DNA from: Candidatus Omnitrophota bacterium
GTDB taxonomy: Bacteria; Omnitrophota; Gorgyraeia; Aquiviventales; Aquiviventaceae
Direction: 5' to 3'
Length of the DNA: 49,614 bases
Assembly: GCA_016206675.1 (NCBI GenBank)
Contig: JACQRD010000067.1
Coordinates: 1-49,614 of the forward strand
Shown: positions 1 through 6,993 of the stretch, piece after piece
Numbering within the stretch: the stretch's first letter is position 1
How the letters are laid out: the number at the start of each line of letters is the position of its first letter
Notes under the pieces: generated by a model
The model's input: the letters and a program-made list of their open reading frames with translations, nothing else
What the model was told of the DNA's origin: nothing
The model's database searches: none
Made by a program: the position numbers and the translations under genes

Positions 1-224
1 GCCGGCGCCAGCCGCAGCGCTCGCTTCGCCAGGCGATCCGGCTGCGCTGCCACGCGTGGCATCCGCATGTCAGCGTCTTGACGCGCGCCCGCGTGGCGGC
101 CGCCCAGGCCGCCGGTTTGCGCGTCAACGTCTGGACGGTCGATTCCCGCCGGTACGCCAAGCGCCTCATGGCCTGGGGCGTTGACGGCATCTTCACGAAT
201 CATCCGGCGCGCCTACGACAGTGA
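1..224 (+). CDS. glycerophosphodiester phosphodiesterase family protein, C-terminal fragment (5' end outside window)
   Basis: Frame ending at TGA 222-224 reads ...AAGLRVNVWTVDSRRYAKRLMAWGVDGIFTNHPARLRQ*, a typical GDPD-family C-terminus. Absent from the ORF track because no start lies in the window. Confidence 0.7.
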   Translation, partial: RRQPQRSLRQAIRLRCHAWHPHVSVLTRARVAAAQAAGLRVNVWTVDSRRYAKRLMAWGVDGIFTNHPARLRQ

Positions 225-2392
225 CTCCCATGACGAGTTACGAACCCGCCCGCCCCCAAGATAAGGTGTTGATGCTGCGGCGCGTGCCGGTCTTCGCGGC
301 CTGCACCGACGAGCAGCTGCAGCTGATCGCGGACCGCACGCGGCTGGTGGAATACAAGAAGGGCGAGCACATCTACAACCAGGGGGATCCGGCCGCCGCC
401 TTCTACATCGTCAGCTCGGGGCGCCTGCGCATCTTCACGAGCAACGGCGCCGGAGAGCGGACGATTGCCATCCTGCACAACGGCGACGCCTTCGGGGAAG
501 TCTCGCTGCTGACCGGCGAGATGCACTCCGCCACGGCCCAGGCCGTGAACGACACGCTCGTGCTGCAGCTCGAAAAGAAGGACTTCGACGACGTCATCAA
601 CCGCATCCCCTCGCTCGTGCTGTACCTCAGCCGCCTGCTCTCCAAGCGCCTGCGCACGAAAGAACACGGCATGGAGGAGTCGGAGGCGACGATCGTCGGC
701 ATCCACAGCGCCTCCCGAGGCGTTGGGCGCACCTGCTTCGCCATGGCGCTGGCGGCCAGCCTCACCCGAGAGACGGACCAGGCCGCGGTCATCGTGGACT
801 TCGCCACCCATCCCCAGGCCTCCCTGCCGGCCTCCTTCGCCGAGGCGCCGGAAGACGCCCTCAACACGATGATCGCCACGCACCCGCTGGGCTTCAGCGT
901 GCTGTGCGCGGAAGAGTTGATCAGCCACGCGCGCGGCGAGCAGCTCATCGCCCCGTTGCTCAATCTGCTGACGCGGCGCTTCCAGTATATCCTGCTGGAT
1001 TTGCCGCTGGAGATCAACCCGCCGGCGCTGAAGGCGCTGGTGCAATCCGATCTCATCTACCTGATGACCGATGCGGACCGCGAGCATGTGCTGCGCGCCA
1101 ACGCCCTCGTCCACCAGTTGGAAACCGTCATGAGCGGGGTGGAGCAGCGCATCAAGGTGGTGGTCAACCGCGCCGCCCGCGACTCTGAGAGCCTCTCCGA
1201 TGTGACGGAGCTGCTGGGCAAGCCGCCGGCCTTCACGCTGCCGTTTGTCGAGGCCTTCGCCGGCGGTTTGAATATGGAGGAGCTTGCGCGCGTGCTCGAT
1301 AACCGCCAGTCCGCCTATACGATGACCGTGCGGTACCTCGCCCGCGAGCTCGGGGGGCTGCTGGTGGGCTTGGCCCTTGGCTCCGGCGCAGCCCTCGGCC
1401 TGGCGCATATCGGCGTGCTAAAGGTGCTGGAGCGGGAAAAAATCCCGATCGATGTCGTGGCAGGCTCCAGCATCGGCGGGATGGTCGCCGGCCTGTGGGC
1501 ATCGGGCCGATCGGCCGATGAGCTGGAACAGATGGCGACGCGCTTCAGCAATAAGTGGGACGTTCGGATGCTCTTCTTGTTCGACATGGGGATTCCCTGG
1601 TTTGCGACGATCATCGGCGTGGGGGCGGGGTTATTGATGGGCTGGTGGGCGGGGCTGTGGGCCGGGCTGCTGTTCGGCTTTATGATCTGCCTGCTGCTCG
1701 GCATCGTGCTGGGGCCTCTCGTCGGCGGCCCGATCCAGGGCGCTCGGTTGATGGAACGGCTGCGGTCGGACTTCGCCGGCAAAACCTTCGCGGACACCTG
1801 GCTGCCGGTGAAAATCGTCGCGTCCAATCCCATGGCCCGCGAGGAGATCGTCTTTGAGTCCGGGTCGTTGGTGGACGCGGTGCGCGCCTCGGTGTCGATT
1901 CCCGGCATCTTCAAGCCGGTAACCTACAAGGGCAAGGTGTGTCTTGACGGCGGGGTCGTCAACCCGGTGCCGGTCAGCGTGCTGAAGAAGGCGGGCTGCC
2001 ATCACATCATCGCCGTGAACGTCTTTCCCACCACGCCGGAATTGACCGCGCACCTGCTGGCCCTGCAGCACCGCCGTGCGGAGCGGGACGCCCACTTTGC
2101 CTCGCGCAGCCTGCCGGTGCGGCTGTGGCTGCGCCTGCGGCAGGAACTGATCCGATCGATGTCCCCGCTGGTCTTTGACATCATCATGCGGTCCATGCAA
2201 TCGATGGAATACCAGATTTCCGAACTCTCCTGCCGGGAAGCGGACATCACCCTGCGGCCCACCGTCCCGGGATCGCACTGGCTGGAATTCGCCAGCCCGG
2301 CGAAGTTCATTCAGCGCGGCGAAGAAGTGGCGTTGCAGCAGTTGCCCGCGCTGAAACGCATCACCCGGATGCGGGGCGTTGACAAGGCATAA
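221..2392 (+). CDS. cyclic-nucleotide-binding / degenerate ParA-MinD-like / patatin-like phospholipase fusion protein
   Basis: 723-aa ORF. N-terminal Crp-type cNMP-binding fold (FGEVSLLTGEMHSATAQAV). Central P-loop-like segment with both Lys replaced (SASRGVGRT). C-terminal patatin motifs GSGAALG, GSSIGG (GxSxG) and LDGGVVNPVP, with a hydrophobic insert of about 55 aa between them. GTG 221 overlaps the upstream stop (GTGA); ATG 230 is an alternative start. Confidence 0.85.
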   Translation: MTPMTSYEPARPQDKVLMLRRVPVFAACTDEQLQLIADRTRLVEYKKGEHIYNQGDPAAAFYIVSSGRLRIFTSNGAGERTIAILHNGDAFGEVSLLTGEMHSATAQAVNDTLVLQLEKKDFDDVINRIPSLVLYLSRLLSKRLRTKEHGMEESEATIVGIHSASRGVGRTCFAMALAASLTRETDQAAVIVDFATHPQASLPASFAEAPEDALNTMIATHPLGFSVLCAEELISHARGEQLIAPLLNLLTRRFQYILLDLPLEINPPALKALVQSDLIYLMTDADREHVLRANALVHQLETVMSGVEQRIKVVVNRAARDSESLSDVTELLGKPPAFTLPFVEAFAGGLNMEELARVLDNRQSAYTMTVRYLARELGGLLVGLALGSGAALGLAHIGVLKVLEREKIPIDVVAGSSIGGMVAGLWASGRSADELEQMATRFSNKWDVRMLFLFDMGIPWFATIIGVGAGLLMGWWAGLWAGLLFGFMICLLLGIVLGPLVGGPIQGARLMERLRSDFAGKTFADTWLPVKIVASNPMAREEIVFESGSLVDAVRASVSIPGIFKPVTYKGKVCLDGGVVNPVPVSVLKKAGCHHIIAVNVFPTTPELTAHLLALQHRRAERDAHFASRSLPVRLWLRLRQELIRSMSPLVFDIIMRSMQSMEYQISELSCREADITLRPTVPGSHWLEFASPAKFIQRGEEVALQQLPALKRITRMRGVDKA

Positions 2393-2441
2393 CTCAGCCA
2401 GTACGATGACACTTTACTGTAACTGAATCGGAGCCAAATAG

Positions 2442-3635
2442 ATGGGACGTGAAGCGGTCATCGTGGACGGCGTGCGCACCCCCCAGGGCGTCTTCGGCGG
2501 GGCGCTGAAGCAGCTCACCGCGCAAGCCCTCGGTGAAGTCGCCCTGCGGGAGCTGCTCAAGCGGACGAACCTCAAAGGCGCCGATCTCGAAGAGGTGATC
2601 GTCGGCTGCGTGGGGCAGGGGTCGGACGCGCCGAATATCGCGCGCGTCATCGCGCTGAAGGCCGCCGTCCCGATCCAGACGCCGGCCTACACGGTGCAGC
2701 GCAACTGCGCCTCGGGATTGCAGTCGATCGTCAGCGCCACGCAGAACATTCTCTGCGGCGACCGGGACGTGCAGATCGCCGGCGGGGCCGAGTGCATGAG
2801 CGCGGCTCCCTATGTCAGCCGCGACTTGCGCTGGGGCAAGCGGCTGCGCCACTCGGAGATGATCGACTCGGTGTGGGAGGGGCTGACGGATCCCGTCTGC
2901 GGCCAGATCATGGGGCAGACCGCGGAGAACCTCGTCAAGGAATTCGGCATTAGCCGCGCCGACCAGGATCGATTCGCGCTGCTCTCGCACCAGCGGGCCT
3001 TCCGTGCGGCGCGGGAAAACCGGTTCAAGGACGAGCTCGTCCCGGTGCTAGTGCCGAAGCGGGCCATGGGCAAGGCGCTGCCGCCGGAGCCGTTTACGCA
3101 AGATGAAGGGATCAACCCCGGCCTGAATGAACAGCTGCTCAGCCAATATCCCGCGATCTTTCAGGAAGGCGGGTCGGTGACGTCGGGCAACGCCTGCTTC
3201 AACGCCGATGGGGCGGCGATGGTGCTGATCATGTCCCTCGACAAGGCCAAGGTGCTCGGCTACAAGCCGCTGGCCAAGGTCCGCGCCTATGCCGTCGCGG
3301 GCCTGGAGCCTGAGCGCATGGGTCTGGGCCCGACGCTGTCGGTGCCGCTGGCGCTGAAGAAGGCCGGCCTGACCCTCAAGGACATCCAGCTGATCGAGCT
3401 CAACGAAGCGTTTGCGGCGACGTTCCTCGCGTGCGAAAAGGTGCTCGGTTACAACCGGGAGATCACCAATGTCAATGGCGGCGCCATCGCGCTTGGGCAT
3501 CCGGTGGGTGCGACCGGCACGCGCCTGACAGTGACGCTGTTGCATGAAATGAAGCGGCGCAACCTCTCGCTCGGGCTGGCCACGGCCTGCATCGGCGGCG
3601 GCCAGGGCGCCACGATCATCTACGAGCGCGCCTGA
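2442..3635 (+). CDS. acetyl-CoA C-acyltransferase (thiolase)
   Basis: 397 aa. Thiolase signatures QRNCASGLQS (nucleophilic Cys), NGGAIALGHPVGATG and ACIGGGQGA near the C-terminus. Confidence 0.92.
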   Translation: MGREAVIVDGVRTPQGVFGGALKQLTAQALGEVALRELLKRTNLKGADLEEVIVGCVGQGSDAPNIARVIALKAAVPIQTPAYTVQRNCASGLQSIVSATQNILCGDRDVQIAGGAECMSAAPYVSRDLRWGKRLRHSEMIDSVWEGLTDPVCGQIMGQTAENLVKEFGISRADQDRFALLSHQRAFRAARENRFKDELVPVLVPKRAMGKALPPEPFTQDEGINPGLNEQLLSQYPAIFQEGGSVTSGNACFNADGAAMVLIMSLDKAKVLGYKPLAKVRAYAVAGLEPERMGLGPTLSVPLALKKAGLTLKDIQLIELNEAFAATFLACEKVLGYNREITNVNGGAIALGHPVGATGTRLTVTLLHEMKRRNLSLGLATACIGGGQGATIIYERA

Positions 3636-3638
3636 TCT

Positions 3639-4862
3639 ATGTACATCTACAAAACGGCGGTGATCGGGGCGGGGGCCATGGGAGCGGAGATCGCCCAGGT
3701 CATCAGCTTCAGCGGTATTCCCGTCCTCTTGAAGGACGTGGACCAGGCGCGAGTCGACCGCGGCCTGGACACCATCCGGAAGATCTACCAGCGGCGGGTC
3801 GACCGGGGCAAAATGACCCAAGATGAGATGGAGAAGAAGGTGCTGCTGGTTGCGGGGGTGACGAGCTATGACGCGATGAAGGACGTCGACCTGGCCATCG
3901 AAGCCGTGCCGGAGCAGCTGCCGCTGAAGCAGCAGATCTTCCGCGACTTGGATGGCGTCCTGCCGGAGTCGTCCGTCATTGCCTCGAATACCTCATCGCT
4001 GTCCATCTCCGCGCTGGGGGGTGCGACCAAGCGGCCGCACAAGGTCGTCGGGATGCACTTCTTCTATCCGGCCCACATCATGAAGCTGGTGGAGGTCATC
4101 CCCGGATTGGAAACCTCCGAGGACGTGGTGGGGGACATTCTCTCCTTTGCGGAAGGGTTGCGCAAGCTGCCGGTGCGCGTCAATGAATGCCCCGGGTTTC
4201 TCGTCAACCGCATCCTCATGCCGTACCTTAACGAAGCGGCCTTCTGCGTCCAGGAAGGCACAGCGACGACCCGACAGATTGATGAGGCCATGGTCGCCTT
4301 CGGATTTCCGATGGGACCGTTTACCCTCGTTGATAATTTGGGATTCGATGTCTGCCGCGAGGTGGTCAACGTCCTGCTTGATGCGTACGGCCCGCGGATG
4401 GAGCCGGCACCAATTTGGGAGCGGCTCTACGGGCTGAAGCGCCTGGGGGCGAAGGCCGGCGCCGGCTTCTATCTGTACGGGGAACGGGCCGGGCAGCCGG
4501 ATCCGGAGCTGGAGAAGATCCTTGCGGAGCTTCGTTCCAAGCCGCAGGGCGCGTCCGAATTCTCGGTCCATCGGCTGGTGCTACCGATGATCAACGAAGC
4601 GATCCGATGCTTGGAGGAGCGCGTCTGCACTGCCTCTGACGTGGATCTCTCAGTGATCGCGGGGCTGGGGTTCCCGCAAGCGAAGGGCGGCATTCTGCAC
4701 TATGCGGACGACGTGGGCCTTGAGGTAGTGCTCTCCGAGCTCAACGGACTCACCAAGCGCTACGGGGAGCGCTTTTGGCCCTCGCCGCTGCTGAAGCGGA
4801 TGGTCGCCGCCGGCCGGCTGGGCAAGAAGGCCAAGAAGGGCTTCTTCGAGTACACCGAATGA
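3639..4862 (+). CDS. 3-hydroxyacyl-CoA dehydrogenase
   Basis: 407 aa. Rossmann VIGAGAMGAEIAQV, HFFYPAHIMKLVEV and NECPGFLVNR motifs. Starts 4 nt after the thiolase stop. Confidence 0.9.
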   Translation: MYIYKTAVIGAGAMGAEIAQVISFSGIPVLLKDVDQARVDRGLDTIRKIYQRRVDRGKMTQDEMEKKVLLVAGVTSYDAMKDVDLAIEAVPEQLPLKQQIFRDLDGVLPESSVIASNTSSLSISALGGATKRPHKVVGMHFFYPAHIMKLVEVIPGLETSEDVVGDILSFAEGLRKLPVRVNECPGFLVNRILMPYLNEAAFCVQEGTATTRQIDEAMVAFGFPMGPFTLVDNLGFDVCREVVNVLLDAYGPRMEPAPIWERLYGLKRLGAKAGAGFYLYGERAGQPDPELEKILAELRSKPQGASEFSVHRLVLPMINEAIRCLEERVCTASDVDLSVIAGLGFPQAKGGILHYADDVGLEVVLSELNGLTKRYGERFWPSPLLKRMVAAGRLGKKAKKGFFEYTE

Positions 4863-4869
4863 ACCAGCA

Positions 4870-4980
4870 GGGGCGGATGGCCGCGGGAACGTTCCCGAGA
4901 GGGAGGCCCGGACACGCCATCGTCTCGTGGCGGGGAGAGGGAGGGTTCCCCGAGGGAACGACCCGCGGCCACAGCCGCCC
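4870..4980 (+). repeat. GC-rich palindromic intergenic element of about 111 nt, copy A
   Basis: Fills the gap between stop 4862 and start 4996. Terminal inverted repeats GGGCGGATGGCCGCGGG (4871-4887) / CCCGCGGCCACAGCCGCCC (4962-4980). Internal direct repeat GAGAGGGAGG x2 (4897-4906, 4935-4944). Hairpins CGCCA..TGGCG and GTTCCC-cga-GGGAAC. About 93% identical by hand alignment to the reverse complement of 22266-22378. Confidence 0.85.
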
Positions 4981-4995
4981 AGTTGTGGAGAAACG

Positions 4996-5787
4996 ATGGC
5001 GCTGACATCAAGGCAGAACGTCAAGGTCGCGGTCGAGGATCGCATCGCGGTGGTCACAATCGATCACCGGCCGGTCAACGCGCTGGACCGACAAACGCTG
5101 CAGGAGTTGGACCAGCTCTTCGACGCCATCCCGTCTGAATCCACCGTCAAAGTCGTCATCATCACCGGCGGCGGCTCCTTGGCGTTCGTGGCGGGGGCGG
5201 ACATTAAGGAGGTCAGCCAGTTCACCTCGATTGATGCCGCGAAGGAGATGACCACCCTGGGCCACTCGGTCTTCCTGAAAATGCAGCGCTGCCCGAAGCC
5301 GGTCATTGCCGCCATCAACGGGGTGTGCCTCGGCGGCGGATTGGAGTTGGCGATGTCGTGCCACCTGCGCATCAGCGGCGACCGGGCCCGGTTCGGCCAG
5401 CCCGAGGTCAACCTCGGCATCATGCCAGGCTGGGGGGGCACGCAGCGGCTGCCGCGGCTCATCGGCAAAGCCAAAGCGACGGAGTGGATCCTCACCGGCG
5501 ACGTGGTGATGGCGCAGGAAGCCCTGCGGTTGGGCCTGGTTAACCAGGTCGTCCCCCAGGATCAAGTGCTGAAAGCGGCGAAGGACCTGGCCCGCAAGAT
5601 CGCCGGCAAGGGCGCGGTCGCGGTGGCGCAGTCGCTGCGGGCCATCGAGGAAGGACTCGCTCTTCCGCTGGAGGAAGGCCTGAAACGCGAAGCCGAAGCC
5701 TTCGCAGCGGTGGCGGCCAGCGAAGACAGCAAGGAAGGCGTGAAAGCCTTTCTCGAAAAGCGCCAACCGCAATTTAAGGACCGATAA
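4996..5787 (+). CDS. enoyl-CoA hydratase (crotonase family)
   Basis: ATG 4996 gives MALTSRQNVKVAVEDRIAVVTIDHRPVNAL. Crotonase segments GGGSLAFVAGADI, GGGLELAMSCH, PEVNLGIMPGWGGTQRL. Track start 4927 would translate the repeat element and is rejected. Confidence 0.9.
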   Translation: MALTSRQNVKVAVEDRIAVVTIDHRPVNALDRQTLQELDQLFDAIPSESTVKVVIITGGGSLAFVAGADIKEVSQFTSIDAAKEMTTLGHSVFLKMQRCPKPVIAAINGVCLGGGLELAMSCHLRISGDRARFGQPEVNLGIMPGWGGTQRLPRLIGKAKATEWILTGDVVMAQEALRLGLVNQVVPQDQVLKAAKDLARKIAGKGAVAVAQSLRAIEEGLALPLEEGLKREAEAFAAVAASEDSKEGVKAFLEKRQPQFKDR

Positions 5788-5792
5788 ACCAT

Positions 5793-5843
5793 GGGGCTGG
5801 GGGTTCTGGGTTCTGGGCCAATCTTCAACCCTGAACCCTGAAC
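5793..5843 (+). repeat. heptamer-array hairpin (GGGTTCT units, then AACCCTG units)
   Basis: Hand pairing of 5803-5817 with 5829-5843 gives 3+6+4 bp interrupted by two T.T mismatches exactly 7 nt apart. Loop is 5818-5828. Sits between stop 5787 and start 5858. Confidence 0.8.
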
Positions 5844-5857
5844 GAGCCATTATTCTT

Positions 5858-6865
5858 ATGCGTGCGGTGTTTTTCGAGACGGCCCCCTGGGAGCGGCGGT
5901 ACCTGACGCGGGCGCTGGCCGCCTCGCGCGCCTCGGTAAAATACGTGACCAGCCCGTTAACGGAGGAAACGTGGCGCGCCGCCGCCACAGCACAGATCCT
6001 CTCGGTGTTCATCTACTCCACGCTCACCGCCGCCGTGCTGCGCCGGCTGCCAACACTGCGCTTGATCGCCACCCGCTCCACCGGCTTCGACCACATCCAC
6101 TTGGCCACCTGCAAGAAGCGGAAGATCACCGTCTGCAACGTCCCCTCCTACGGCGAAAATACGGTGGCGGAGCATACCTTTGCGCTGATCCTCGCGCTGT
6201 CGCGCAACATCCACAAAGCCTACGTCAAGACCACCAAAGGCGACTTCTCCCTCGAGGGGCTGCAAGGCTTCGATCTGAAAGGCAAGACGCTGGGTGTCAT
6301 CGGGGCAGGCCATATCGGCTTGCATGTCATCAAAATGGCCAAGGGTTTCGGCATGGACGTGCTGGTGCACGACGTGGTGAAAAACGTCTTTCTCAGTGAA
6401 GTGCTCGACTACCGGTACGTGCCGCTGGAAACGCTCCTGCGCTCCTCGGACATCGTCAGCCTCCATACGCCGTACCTGCCCTCCACGCACCATCTCATGA
6501 ACCGGAAGACCTTCGGGCTGATGAAGCGCGGCGCCTTGCTGATCAACACGGCGCGCGGTGGCTTGGTGGACACGGACGCCCTGGTCTGGGCGCTCGATGA
6601 GGGGCTCGTCGGCGGAGCCGGGCTGGATGTGCTGGAAGGGGAAGAGCTCGTGAAGGAGGAGCGACAGCTGCTCTCGAAGGACTTCTCAAAGGAGAAGCTG
6701 GCGACGGCCCTGCGCAACCACATCCTACTGCACCGGGAGAACGTCGTGATCACCCCGCACATCGCCTTCGACAGCCGAGAGGCGCTGCAGCGCATTGTGG
6801 AGACGACGGCAGGCAACATCACCGCTTTTCTGGCGGGAGCGCCGGCCAACGTGGTGGCGGCATGA
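5858..6865 (+). CDS. D-isomer-specific 2-hydroxyacid dehydrogenase family protein
   Basis: 335 aa. NAD-binding GVIGAGHIGLHVIKMAKGFGMDV, plus LINTARGGLVD and ITPHIAF motifs. Confidence 0.88.
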   Translation: MRAVFFETAPWERRYLTRALAASRASVKYVTSPLTEETWRAAATAQILSVFIYSTLTAAVLRRLPTLRLIATRSTGFDHIHLATCKKRKITVCNVPSYGENTVAEHTFALILALSRNIHKAYVKTTKGDFSLEGLQGFDLKGKTLGVIGAGHIGLHVIKMAKGFGMDVLVHDVVKNVFLSEVLDYRYVPLETLLRSSDIVSLHTPYLPSTHHLMNRKTFGLMKRGALLINTARGGLVDTDALVWALDEGLVGGAGLDVLEGEELVKEERQLLSKDFSKEKLATALRNHILLHRENVVITPHIAFDSREALQRIVETTAGNITAFLAGAPANVVAA

Positions 6866-6993
6866 TCCCACCACCTGCTGGGTTTCGCCACCCGATGTGC
6901 CAAGAACGACTGAAGGCGAAACGGTCGCTGCTTCTTAAGTCACTTCATGGTTGCAGCGACCGGCCTTCGGCCAGCCAGCAGGTGGTGGGATGA
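6862..6993 (+). repeat. palindromic junction element E1 (ATGA + 17-bp arm ... 17-bp arm + ATGA)
   Basis: Perfect 17-bp inverted repeat: 6865-6881 ATCCCACCACCTGCTGG and 6975-6991 CCAGCAGGTGGTGGGAT. The left arm starts in stop codon TGA 6863-6865; the right arm ends in start codon ATG 6990-6992. Three internal hairpins. Confidence 0.9.

Noticed and set aside
200-1408. Long antisense ORFs opposite recognised genes. Examples: 200-1408 (-), 5008-6012 (-), 21160-22230 (+), 28897-30276 (+), 37497-38756 (+), 41839-44097 (+).
   Set aside because: These are typical high-GC shadow frames. They are Arg/Ala/Gly/Pro/His-rich and low in complexity, contain no recognisable motifs, and each fully overlaps a gene with strong family signatures on the other strand.
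4927-4995. N-terminal extension of the enoyl-CoA hydratase ORF (MAGRGRVPRGNDPRPQPPSCGET).
   Set aside because: It is the translation of the 111-nt repeat element. The homologous protein starts at ATG 4996. The same applies to the 6951 start of the acyl-CoA dehydrogenase, which lies inside element E1.
6862-6993. Junction elements E1-E3 considered as rho-independent terminators or integron attC sites.
   Set aside because: No U-tract follows the closing stem, and they sit between co-directional genes whose start codon is inside the right arm. The termini do not resemble the attC core (RYYYAAC/GTTRRRY), and no integrase is present.
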